From assembly GCA_963708075.1 (NCBI GenBank), contig OY970194.1:3616001-3680000 (forward strand): DNA of 64,000 nt, given 5' to 3'. The notes below the pieces were generated by a model that made no database searches, was not told the origin of the DNA, and saw nothing but the letters and a program-made list of their open reading frames with translations. A program made the position numbers and the translations under genes. The DNA comes from Sedimentisphaerales bacterium. Its GTDB lineage: Bacteria; Planctomycetota; Phycisphaerae; Sedimentisphaerales; Anaerobacaceae. Each line of letters opens with the position of its first letter. Position 1 is the first letter of the stretch. Of this stretch, positions 53,878 to 64,000 are shown piece after piece.

Positions 53878-55929
53878 ATGAAACGGGCAAATGCGAGGAC
53901 AAGACAGATCGCCGGCCGAAGGGTTGCGTTTCACCGCTATAACACGGTGATCGTCGGCGCGGGCGCCGCGGGCATGAACTGCGCCGTCCATCTTTATGAG
54001 TTCATGAAGGCCAAGGGGGTCGAGGACGCCGCGGACCGAATCGCCGTGATTGCGAGGGGCATCGGCCTCGGGGCGTCGCGGATGAGCGGCTCGGACAAGC
54101 AGACGTACTACAAGCTCGGCACCAGTCCGGAAGTACCCGACTGCGCCGAGGCGTTTGCCAGAACCCTGACGGCGGCCGGCTGCTGTCACAGCGATCTGGC
54201 GATGGCCGAGGGCATCGGCTCCCTTCGCGAGTTCTACCATCTCGTGGAGGCGGGCGTCGCTTTTCCCACCGACTCGATGGGCTCCTTCATCGGCTACAAG
54301 ACCGACCACGACCCGGCCGAACGAGCCACCAGCGCCGGGCCGAAGACCAGCAGGTTCATGAGCGAATGTCTCCAAAGGCAGGCCGAACAGGCCGGCATCC
54401 GGATATTCGACAACCAGGAGGCGGCGCATCTGCTCACCATCGGCGAGGGCAGATCGAAGCGAATCGCCGGCATTGTGACTATCGAGAATCTGAAATCTGA
54501 AATTCCACATTCGACCTTGCACGTCTTTCTCGCAGTCAACGTGGTGCTCGCTGCCGGCGGGCCGGGCGAGCTGTACAAGACCAGCGTCTATCCGAAGGGC
54601 CAGTTCGGCATTCATGGACTGGCCTTCAAAGCCGGCCTCGCGGCGGAGAACCTCACGGAGTCGCAATTCGGCCTGGCCAGCATCAAATTCCGCTGGAACG
54701 TCTCAGGCACGTACATGCAGGCCATCCCGCGAATCGTCAGCACGGATGCGGACGGCGGGCACGAGCATGAATTTCTCGCTGACTTCTTCCCCTCCATGAA
54801 GTCTATGGCGACGGACATCTTTCTCAAGGGATACCAGTGGCCGTTCGATCCACAGCGGATCGAGAACCTGCAATCGTCGCTGATCGATGTCCTCGTATTC
54901 AACGAGAACCGGAAGGGCCGGCGGGTCTTCCTCGATTTCCGGCAAAATCCCGTCGGCGCCCACGGCATGGGCTCATTCAATATCGACGATCTCGAGCCGG
55001 AAGCCTTCGAGTATCTCCGCGACGCCGGCGCGCTGCAGAAGACCCCGATCGAACGCCTGGCGCACATGAATCCCCTCGCCGTCGAGATTTACCGGGAGAA
55101 CGGCATCGACCTGGCCGGCGAGCCGCTGGAGATCGCCGTCTGCGCCCAGCACAACAACGGGGGCTTCGCTGTGAATAAATGGTGGGAGTCCAGCATCCGC
55201 CACACGTTCGTGATCGGCGAGATGGCGGGCACGCACGGCGTGAAGCGACCGGGCGGCTCGGCCCTCAATGCCGGCCAGGTCGGCGGCCTGCGGGCGGCCG
55301 AGTATATCGTCAACGCCTACGGCAGTGACGCGGCCGACCACCCGGACAACGCCGGGCAGATCGACGAGCAGGTCCGGAGTCTTATCGAGAAGCTCGGCCG
55401 CTGGAGTGAGTCCTCGGGGCCGGCCCCGCACGAGGCAATCGAACAAATCCAGAACCGAATGACCGCTTCGGCCGCTCACATCAGGCAAGAGGAGGACGCC
55501 AACGAGAGCCTCAAGCAGGCCATTCAGCTCTTCAAGGAGATCCAGGACAAGGGTCTGGCAGCCCCGGATGCACGGTCGCTCGTCGCAGCGATCCAGGCCG
55601 AGCACCTGGCCCTCGCGAGCATCGCGTATCTCAAGGCCATCGTCGATCTGCTCACGCAGGACGGCGGCTCGCGGGGCTCGTACCTCGTACTCAGTCCGCA
55701 CGGCAGCCCGATCCACCCGGACATCAAGCATAAGGCCACAGGCGAGCCCCTGGCCTTCCGGCCGGAGAATCAGGCCCTGCGAGATCGGATTCTGCGAACC
55801 GAGTATGACGAGACTTCGGCAGACTTGTTCAAATGCAGTGTGATCACCCTAAGGATGGCGCCGACGGAGAACAAAGCCTTTGAGCCGGCGTGGCAGGAGT
55901 ATCGAAAGGGCAGAATCTATGGGATCTGA
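53878..55929 (+). CDS. FAD-binding protein, SdhA/FrdA flavoprotein-like family
   Basis: IVGAGAAG, GSDKQTYYK, YKTDHD, AQHNNGG, GEMAGTHGVKRPGGSALNAGQVG. Confidence 0.85.
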   Translation: MKRANARTRQIAGRRVAFHRYNTVIVGAGAAGMNCAVHLYEFMKAKGVEDAADRIAVIARGIGLGASRMSGSDKQTYYKLGTSPEVPDCAEAFARTLTAAGCCHSDLAMAEGIGSLREFYHLVEAGVAFPTDSMGSFIGYKTDHDPAERATSAGPKTSRFMSECLQRQAEQAGIRIFDNQEAAHLLTIGEGRSKRIAGIVTIENLKSEIPHSTLHVFLAVNVVLAAGGPGELYKTSVYPKGQFGIHGLAFKAGLAAENLTESQFGLASIKFRWNVSGTYMQAIPRIVSTDADGGHEHEFLADFFPSMKSMATDIFLKGYQWPFDPQRIENLQSSLIDVLVFNENRKGRRVFLDFRQNPVGAHGMGSFNIDDLEPEAFEYLRDAGALQKTPIERLAHMNPLAVEIYRENGIDLAGEPLEIAVCAQHNNGGFAVNKWWESSIRHTFVIGEMAGTHGVKRPGGSALNAGQVGGLRAAEYIVNAYGSDAADHPDNAGQIDEQVRSLIEKLGRWSESSGPAPHEAIEQIQNRMTASAAHIRQEEDANESLKQAIQLFKEIQDKGLAAPDARSLVAAIQAEHLALASIAYLKAIVDLLTQDGGSRGSYLVLSPHGSPIHPDIKHKATGEPLAFRPENQALRDRILRTEYDETSADLFKCSVITLRMAPTENKAFEPAWQEYRKGRIYGI

Positions 55930-55938
55930 AATGGAGGC

Positions 55939-57042
55939 ATGATGGCGATCCTCAACCTGAAACCGGAATCACAATGCAAGTACGACATTCTATCGCTGGG
56001 CGAGATTATGATCCGGCTCGATCCCGGCGATGAACGCATCCACACGACGCGGTGCTTTCACGTCTGGGAGGGCGGCGGCGAGTACAACGTCGCCCGCGGC
56101 CTGAGACGGACGTTCCGCAAGCGGGCCGCCGTGGTCACGGCCATCGTCGATAATCCCGTGGGCAGGCTGCTCGAAGACCTCCTGCTGCAGGGCGGTGTCA
56201 GTCTGGAATACGTCAAGTGGGTGCCTTTCGACGGCATCGGCAGGAAGGTGCGCGTCGGCCTGAATTTCACCGAGCGGGGCTTCGGCGTGCGCGGCGCCGT
56301 CGGCTGTTCCGACCGCGCCAATAGCGCCGCCTCGCAACTGAAAAAGGGCGACATCGACTGGGAACGGATTTTCGGGCGGGACGGCGTTCGCTGGTTCCAC
56401 ACCGGCGGCATCTTCGCCGGCCTGTCCCCCACCACGCCCGACGTCATCCTGGAGGCTGTGGCGGCGGCAAAGAAGCACGGCACCGTCGTCTCCTATGACC
56501 TGAATTATCGCGATTCGCTCTGGCGTGACATCGGCGGCCAGAAGAAGGCCCGAGAGGTGAATCGCGCCATCGCATCATACGTCGATGTGATGCTCGGCAA
56601 CGAGGAGGATTTTACGGCGGCGCTGGGCTTTGAGGTCACGGGCCTGGACAAGAGCTACTCCACGCTCGATCCGACGAACTTCAAGCGGATGATCGAGACC
56701 GCCGTCAAGGAATTCCCGAACTTCAAAGTCGTGGCGACGACGTTGCGAAACGCCCGGACCGCCACGATCAATGATTGGGGCGCGGTGATGCACGCCGCGG
56801 GGCAGTTCTATGATGCCGTGCCGCGGCCCGGCCTGGAAATCTACGACCGCGTCGGCGGCGGCGACAGTTTCGCCTCCGGCCTGATCTACGCTCTCATGGA
56901 GGGCAAGGACCCCGACCAGGCAGTCAACTACGGGGCCGCACACGGCGCACTGGCCATGACCACGCCGGGCGATACGACCACGGCGACCCTGAAGGAAGTA
57001 GAAAAAGTAATGAAAGGCGGCGGCGCCCGCGTGGAACGATAG
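55939..57042 (+). CDS. kdgK: 2-keto-3-deoxygluconate kinase-like PfkB sugar kinase
   Basis: GEIMIRLDP, GGGEYNVA, WFHTGGI, SYDLNYR, GNEED, DRVGGGDSF. Confidence 0.88.
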   Translation: MMAILNLKPESQCKYDILSLGEIMIRLDPGDERIHTTRCFHVWEGGGEYNVARGLRRTFRKRAAVVTAIVDNPVGRLLEDLLLQGGVSLEYVKWVPFDGIGRKVRVGLNFTERGFGVRGAVGCSDRANSAASQLKKGDIDWERIFGRDGVRWFHTGGIFAGLSPTTPDVILEAVAAAKKHGTVVSYDLNYRDSLWRDIGGQKKAREVNRAIASYVDVMLGNEEDFTAALGFEVTGLDKSYSTLDPTNFKRMIETAVKEFPNFKVVATTLRNARTATINDWGAVMHAAGQFYDAVPRPGLEIYDRVGGGDSFASGLIYALMEGKDPDQAVNYGAAHGALAMTTPGDTTTATLKEVEKVMKGGGARVER

Positions 57043-57073
57043 TCTCTCGCGGATGCACCTATCGAGGATGAGC

Positions 57074-58174
<1,101 letters not shown>

Positions 58175-58205
58175 GTCCTATCGGTCCTATTCGTCCAATT
58201 CCGTC

Positions 58206-58493
58206 CTAAGCGACGGCGACGACCTGCTTCACGTCAGGGATGCGCTCCTTCAGGATTCGCTCGATGCCCATTCGCATGGTCATGGTCGCGCCGGGGCAAC
58301 CCCGGCAGGCCCCTTGCAGGCGAACCCGGACGGTCTTATCCTCATCCACACTGATGAACTCTACATCGCCACCGTGGCCCTGCAGCGCCGGCCGGACCAT
58401 CTCGATGACGTCTTTGACCTGATCTTCGAAGCTCTTTTCTGCACCGGCTTCTTTGCCCGTGCTGGTCTCTTTACGACCTTGTGTATCAGACAT
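58206..58493 (-). CDS. NifU C-terminal (Nfu-like) Fe-S carrier
   Basis: VRPALQGHGGDVEF, LQGACRGCP. Confidence 0.92.
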   Translation of the reverse strand: MSDTQGRKETSTGKEAGAEKSFEDQVKDVIEMVRPALQGHGGDVEFISVDEDKTVRVRLQGACRGCPGATMTMRMGIERILKERIPDVKQVVAVA

Positions 58494-58573
58494 AGAAATC
58501 TCCAGAAAATGACCGCATACCATTATACGGTCATTGCGGCGATTAGCCAACTACCATTCATACCGTTTTCAGG

Positions 58574-60715
58574 TCAGCGAGTTCGCTCCTTTTTCGACTT
58601 GCCCGGCTGACGGCCGGCTGCCGTTTGTCCGCTCAATTCATCGACGAGGCGGTCGGCTCGATAGACCTTTCGCAGGGCTTCGAGGATCGACGCCGAATGG
58701 ACCGACACGGCCCGGGCCTCCTTCTCCGTATAGGTGAAATCGAGGACCAGCGACTGGATGTTGCCGTCGAAGATGATCCCGACGAACTCTCCCTTGCGAT
58801 TGACGACGGGGCTGCCGGAGTTGCCGCCGATGATGTCCGCCGTCGAGACGAAGTTGAAAGGCGTCTTGAGGTTGAGCTTGCTCTTCTGCTTGAGCCAGAG
58901 CTCGGGCAGCTCGAATGGCGGCTGGTTACCCTGCTCCTGGGCACGCTCGTAAAGGCCGGCAAAAGTCGTCCACGGCGGAATCTGCTTACCCTGCTCCGTG
59001 TAGCCCTTGACCTCCCCGAAGGCCAGCCGCAGCGTGAACGTGGCATCGGGATAGATGTCCGTTCCATAAATGGCGAATCTCGCGTTCGCCAGCTTCGCGT
59101 AAGCCTGGCGCATCGGCTCTTCAACCTGCTCCTCATACGTCTTTCGCAAGTCCCTTGCCGGCTCATTCACGAGCAGGGCCAGTTGGATCATGGGGTCTTT
59201 CGACTGGCGAATCCCTTCCGGTTTCTGCGCCGCCAGCTCCTTGCGGAATGCGACATCCTTGAGCTTCGTGCCATTGATGAGCTCTGCCGCCCGATCCCGC
59301 GGCGACTTGCCTCCGAGCACGTCCTTGACCAGCGGATCGCCCGGCCCTTTCATCTCCACGAATCTCATCAACGAATCGGCCAACAGGATCGTTTCCAAGT
59401 CCTCGTAGATCGGGGCCTCCGAGAACAGCTCGAACTTGAGCGACTCAAGATTCGATTCGCGGTACTCACGCAGCCGCTCGGGATTCGGCTTGGCCGACTC
59501 GTCGGCCAATCGCACCAACGTCCGGGCAATGCCAAAAAGACGGGTGCTGAAGGCGGACCCCTGTTCCAGCAGGTCCCAGTCATAGTAGATCCCGTCCCAG
59601 GTTTTCAGAGCGGCGGCCACATCGGCCCACGGATCGCCGACGGGCTCCTTAAGCTGCGAGCCCTTCTCCTGGATGGCCCCGCGGAGTTTCTCCTCTTCCG
59701 CGCGTTTGCGATCCATGATGGCAGGGTCCTGGAGTCCGGCGAGCATGCCGAGCCGGGCCTTGCGGCTGTTCTGGACGCCGAACAGGTCGTCCTGTGCGCG
59801 GCGGGCGTTCTCCCGGCTCTCGGCACTGTAGGCGGACAACATGACCTCCGCGCGGAACAGCCTTTGCAGCCGGTATGGGAAAACCTTGTCGCGGAGGAAC
59901 TCGATGTGCGCCATGGTGTCGAGCCGGTCGGTCCGACCGGGATGGCCCGAGACGAATACCAGCTCGCCATCGCCCGCGCCCTTCGGGCTCCACTTCAGGT
60001 AGTGCTCGATCCTGGCGGGCTTGCCATCCTCGTACACGCGGAACAGGCAGATATCAAGGTCGTAGCGGGGATACTCGAAGTTGTCCGGATCGCCGCCGAA
60101 GAAAGCGATGTCCTTTTCGGGCGCGAAGACCAGTCGAACGTCGGTGTACTTCTTGAACCGGTAAAGGTGGTACATGCCGCCGTGATAAAGCGTCACGACA
60201 TCGCTCCGCAGCCCTGTCTTATCGAGCGATTCCTTCTCGACGGTGTTCATCGCCGCCCGGCGGGCCTGGTTGGCCTCGGCCGGGGTCATCTCCGGCTTGA
60301 CCGCTGCGTTGATCCGCTCGGTCACGTCCTCGATGTTCTGCAGCACGTTCAGCTCCAGGTCCACGCACCGGACCTCCTCCTGCAAGGTCTTGGCGTAGAA
60401 GCCCAGGGCGATCAAGTCTTTTTCTTTGGTGCTCAGCTTCTGCAGACAGTCGGCGCCGACGTGGTGATTCGTCAGCACCAGCCCATCGGCGGAGACGAAC
60501 GAACCCGACCCGCCGCTATTGAAGCGAACGCTGGACCGCTGCAAGTGGGTATACCACTCCTGCCCCGGGGCGAAATTGTACTTCTCCTTGAGCAGCTTTT
60601 CCGGCGGATTGTTGAACAGCCACATCCCTTCATCCGCCGGCGCCTCGGTCGGGATCAGGCAGATCATCACAGTCATCGGGAGAATCGGACACATCCATCT
60701 GGTCAGGTGATTCAT
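58574..60715 (-). CDS. S46 family dipeptidyl peptidase
   Basis: DEGMW, GSGSFVS, LTNHHV, DVRLVFAP, FGGDPDNFEYPR, YPDATFTLRL, DIIGGNSGSP, FDGN. Confidence 0.95.
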   Translation of the reverse strand: MNHLTRWMCPILPMTVMICLIPTEAPADEGMWLFNNPPEKLLKEKYNFAPGQEWYTHLQRSSVRFNSGGSGSFVSADGLVLTNHHVGADCLQKLSTKEKDLIALGFYAKTLQEEVRCVDLELNVLQNIEDVTERINAAVKPEMTPAEANQARRAAMNTVEKESLDKTGLRSDVVTLYHGGMYHLYRFKKYTDVRLVFAPEKDIAFFGGDPDNFEYPRYDLDICLFRVYEDGKPARIEHYLKWSPKGAGDGELVFVSGHPGRTDRLDTMAHIEFLRDKVFPYRLQRLFRAEVMLSAYSAESRENARRAQDDLFGVQNSRKARLGMLAGLQDPAIMDRKRAEEEKLRGAIQEKGSQLKEPVGDPWADVAAALKTWDGIYYDWDLLEQGSAFSTRLFGIARTLVRLADESAKPNPERLREYRESNLESLKFELFSEAPIYEDLETILLADSLMRFVEMKGPGDPLVKDVLGGKSPRDRAAELINGTKLKDVAFRKELAAQKPEGIRQSKDPMIQLALLVNEPARDLRKTYEEQVEEPMRQAYAKLANARFAIYGTDIYPDATFTLRLAFGEVKGYTEQGKQIPPWTTFAGLYERAQEQGNQPPFELPELWLKQKSKLNLKTPFNFVSTADIIGGNSGSPVVNRKGEFVGIIFDGNIQSLVLDFTYTEKEARAVSVHSASILEALRKVYRADRLVDELSGQTAAGRQPGKSKKERTR

Positions 60716-60843
60716 GGTGATTCCTCCTTAACTCACTCAATTGTCAAAGGGGCCTGCGTACCCCCCTATTCCACCCACATTATCATAATCAGCCACCCCA
60801 GTCCACTTTCTCCACGGAAACTCGCCTTCATCCAGCCCCCTGA

Positions 60844-61490
60844 AATTGGCTTTGTTTCGCACGACAGGTTCTTGGCCGTCTTGCAGGGCGGGCCATACCT
60901 ACCATCTGTCCGGCAGAGCAAATTGGCTTTGTTTCGCACAGTCGCGTCCCCACTCACCCGAGGTCGCCTGTCCCGTCCTCGGAATTGGCTTTGTTTCGCA
61001 GACCAGTCCAGCATGTGGAATTGGCTTTGTTTTGCGCGCCCGCCCATGTCCGCCACTGCCGGCATTCGCCCCTATTCCGCATTCCGCACTCCGCATTCTC
61101 AGGTTCCTGGCCCCGAATTGGCTTTGTTTCACAAGATCACCCATGCGGTTCACTCCTACCCGCTGCCCGCTGCCTGTCCCCGCCTTAGCAATTGGCTTTG
61201 TTTGGCGCGACCGGGCCACCCAGGAATTGGGTTTGTTTTGAATACTGCGCGTCGGCTTCCTGCAACCCAGCATTTCCCACTCCCGAACCAGGGTTTCCAT
61301 AAATTGGCTTTGTTTCGCAAGGTAGGGCGAGCGTCCCCGCTCGCCCCCGATTGCCGTCCAGGCCCGACCCCGAAATTGGCTTTGTTTCGCACGCCTGCCC
61401 ATGTTGGTGTTGCCGATATCCGCCTTTCATTCCGCACTCCGCATTCCGCATTCCCACGGCCCCCCGGCCCGTAATTGGCTTTGTTTCGCC
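60844..61490 (-). repeat. interspaced array 2: 10 copies of the same 18-nt motif (AATTGGCTTTGTTTCGCA on +)
   Basis: Copies start at 60844, 60921, 60983, 61019, 61116, 61190, 61225, 61302, 61374, 61473; spacers 59, 44, 18, 79, 56, 17, 59, 54, 81 nt. Confidence 0.95.
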
Positions 61491-61934
61491 TAACTTGGCG
61501 CCCACCGGCGGCGGCTTGTGCTCCAGTGGTCACGGAAAGCCCTCCGGGGATTCATGGCTTGTTGATGTTTGATTTTTGATTTGAGCAGGGCCTGGCGGGG
61601 CGCACCGACACCCGATGAAATTTGGTCATCAGACCATATACTAGAGACGCTCCGAGAAGCAAATTGTTGCAGGAATTTATGTTAGATAGTAAAATACCCC
61701 TAAGTCCTCATGGCCCGGAGACTTAAATCGCAATATTCTTGCGCATAAGTGGAAGGCAGGCGTAAGTTCGTAGGATGGGCTTTAGCCCATGCGGACGGGT
61801 CTGGAATTGCCAAGCCAGGAACTGCATGCGCCCTTCTTCTTCCTGTGACCGCTTCCTTTGCATTCCTGTCGGCCCGCCTATAGAATACGGGCAACGCCGC
61901 GGCCTGTGGTGCTCTTGAGGACAGAGTACGACCT

Positions 61935-62372
61935 ATGGATATGATTGAGCAGATCAATTCGTGTGACTGGTTCTACTTGGCCCAGATTGGTGAACCGAAG
62001 GATAACATGCTGCGTCTTGTCATTGAAGAGGCAGTGCTCGGTACGCCAGAGGATATCAACCTGGGCGGCCTTCCCCTTCCGCAGGCGCAGCGTATCATCT
62101 CAACCGACCAGTGCCTTGCCTATGAAATCATCTTCCGCACGTATATAGCTTATGTAGTCTGCAATGAGTCGTTCGCGAAGTCAGACCCTGGGGATGTCTT
62201 CACGGGGCGACATTTTCGCATGTACAGGAAATCCCAATTTCTCAGCTACGTTCGGGAGACGACTCTTGCCTGCGATCTGCATCCTGGACCCTATAAGCAC
62301 TTTGAAATCATCTGCCTGAATCACGTCGTGGACGTGGCGTCCGTTGATGAGCCCTCCATCAGAATCCTGTAG
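61935..62372 (+). CDS. hypothetical protein flanked by inverted GTAG REPs
   Basis: 145 aa lower-GC ORF with GAGGA RBS; REPs at 61770-61790 and 62379-62401. Confidence 0.75.
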   Translation: MDMIEQINSCDWFYLAQIGEPKDNMLRLVIEEAVLGTPEDINLGGLPLPQAQRIISTDQCLAYEIIFRTYIAYVVCNESFAKSDPGDVFTGRHFRMYRKSQFLSYVRETTLACDLHPGPYKHFEIICLNHVVDVASVDEPSIRIL

Positions 62373-62440
62373 GCAGGACGGTGGGGCAAGCCCCACCCTA
62401 CGGACATGCTGTCGCAATGAGATCAGACCTCGCAGGCGTG

Positions 62441-64000
62441 CTATGGCAGTGTGGCGACGCGGGGCCAGGCGTCTTCCCAGACCATGGTCGAGATCTTCAG
62501 TTCGGGGCGGCCGGTTTGGCCGTGGTAGGCGTGAAAGACCAGGTAGTCGCCGGTCTTGTCCTGGAGGACGGCTTCGTGGCCGGGACCGCGCCAGTTCGGC
62601 GTTGTCGCTTCGATGACCATCGTGCCGCCGCCTTCTAGCATGGGGACGCCGGCTTTATCCACGTAAGGACCTGTGACATCTTTCGAGCGGCCTACGCGGA
62701 TGTTGTACGTGCTTTTTGCGCCCCGGCAGCAGAAGTCGAAGGAGGCGAACAGGTACCACCAACCGTCGTGGCGGACGATGAACGGGGCTTCGATAGCCCC
62801 TGACTGCGGCGGCGTCTCATGCGGGCCGGTGCGCGGACGCCTCGCCAGGTTGTGCAGCGTCGTGTCGGTGGTCGAGCACTTGCCGGTCTGCGGGTCGATC
62901 CGGCGCATCATGATCCCGCCCCAGAAGCTGCCCCAGCACAGCCACGCGTTCTGCTCATCCTGGATCACCAGATTGCCGTCGATGGCGTTCCAGTCGTCCT
63001 TGCCTTCGGTTGACCGGACGACGAGGCCCTGATCGACCCATTTGTAGTCGGGGCTGTTTGGATCGAGAGTGCCGTTTGTGGCCAGGCCGATGGCCGAGTT
63101 GTTTTTGCCAAACGTGGAGACGGAATAATAGAGATGGTATTTGCCGTTGAAGTAAGAGATATCAGGCGCCCAGGCACCGCGAGTCCCCGGGATTTCCTTC
63201 GGGGCCCATTCCGGCAGCGCACTGAAGACACTGCCGGACCTTGTCCAGTGGCGCATGTCTTTGGATTGCTTAATCGGAACAATCCCCGATCCTCGGCCGG
63301 CGCTCGTGCAGAAGACGTAGAACGTGTCCCCCTGCCGGATGATGACTGGGTCGTGCGCGCCCAGATCGCCCGAAAGCTCAAGCATCTGTGGCGCTCCCGT
63401 GGCCGAAGATGCCGCCCCCTCAGACTGGCCAGATGCGTCCCGACTTGCTGAGTTTTGGGTGGCAGCGTCAAGCGCAGCTTGGCGATGGTCTGCCCGTTCG
63501 CCATCGCCAAGGCCTTCGGCCTTGACGCTGCCACCCATCGCGGCCGGAGTTGCGAGAACCTCCAGCCCGCCTTTGAGCCGGATATCCTCCGACGAGCTGC
63601 CCACCATCACCTCAAACGCACCGGGCTCCACGATGAATCCATGCGTCTTCGTGTCGTAGAAGGAGAGCTTCTCCACCGGCAGTTCCAGCGTCACAGTTTT
63701 CTTCTGGCCCGGCTGAAGGCTGATCCGCTGGAATCCTCGCAGCTCTTTCGCAGGCCGCTTCACGCTGCACTCCAAATCGCGTACATAGAGCTGCACGACC
63801 TCATCGCCCGCGCGCTTGCCGGTGTTCGCCACGTCCGCCATCACCGTGACTTTGCCGTTGGGCGGGACCTGCTTCGGGGAAATCTGAAGGTTGGAGTACG
63901 CAAAGTCTGTGTAGCTCAGGCCGTGGCCGAAGGCGAAAAGCGGCGAGCCGTTGAGGTACATGTACGTGAAGCCTTTGGTGATATCGTACTCATCCTGTGG
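62441..64000 (-). CDS. GH3 beta-glycosidase C-terminus (Fn3-like) fused to GH43 endo-arabinanase; 5' end outside window
   Basis: PLFAFGHGLSYTDF, GDEVVQLY, KELRGFQRI, then AHDP, WAPDI, NAID, GSFWGG, IEAPF, GPGH. Confidence 0.92.
   Translation of the reverse strand, partial: PQDEYDITKGFTYMYLNGSPLFAFGHGLSYTDFAYSNLQISPKQVPPNGKVTVMADVANTGKRAGDEVVQLYVRDLECSVKRPAKELRGFQRISLQPGQKKTVTLELPVEKLSFYDTKTHGFIVEPGAFEVMVGSSSEDIRLKGGLEVLATPAAMGGSVKAEGLGDGERADHRQAALDAATQNSASRDASGQSEGAASSATGAPQMLELSGDLGAHDPVIIRQGDTFYVFCTSAGRGSGIVPIKQSKDMRHWTRSGSVFSALPEWAPKEIPGTRGAWAPDISYFNGKYHLYYSVSTFGKNNSAIGLATNGTLDPNSPDYKWVDQGLVVRSTEGKDDWNAIDGNLVIQDEQNAWLCWGSFWGGIMMRRIDPQTGKCSTTDTTLHNLARRPRTGPHETPPQSGAIEAPFIVRHDGWWYLFASFDFCCRGAKSTYNIRVGRSKDVTGPYVDKAGVPMLEGGGTMVIEATTPNWRGPGHEAVLQDKTGDYLVFHAYHGQTGRPELKISTMVWEDAWPRVATLP

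Noticed and set aside
58625..61474. 949-aa plus-strand ORF
   Set aside because: Antisense shadow of the S46 peptidase running into array 2

Overview
GC-rich chromosomal window, most likely from an anaerobic Planctomycetota bacterium (Phycisphaerae-like). This is inferred from the secreted PA14/LamG/GEVED proteins, DUF1080 and the repeat families. Recognisable content: clpB with a sigma54-type promoter, a rubrerythrin-like gene, an IS630 remnant, a lower-GC two-gene HEPN module, and rex followed by a group 3b [NiFe] sulfhydrogenase operon with maturation protease and two-component pair. It continues with two tandem PA14-LamG-PA14-Ig paralogs, a complete moxR/bat operon, nfi, uvrA, a flavoenzyme/SDR/aldolase/kinase sugar-acid cluster, mtnA, an S46 peptidase and a GH3-GH43 fusion cut by the window end. 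The most striking unexplained structure is a pair of non-coding arrays (9553-10100 on +, 8 repeats; 60844-61490 on -, 10 repeats). They carry an 18-nt motif, TGCGAAACAAAGCCAATT, separated by 17-86-nt spacers. Several spacers are homologous between the two arrays in shuffled order, and the first array lies behind a near-consensus sigma70 promoter and ends at a strong hairpin. The window is also dense in REP/REPIN-like palindromes and 7-/9-mer periodic repeats, some inserted in frame in proteins (Nfi, the GH3-GH43 linker). Eight 1-2 nt frameshifts in conserved genes most likely reflect consensus errors. No rRNA, tRNA, canonical CRISPR array or cas gene was seen.
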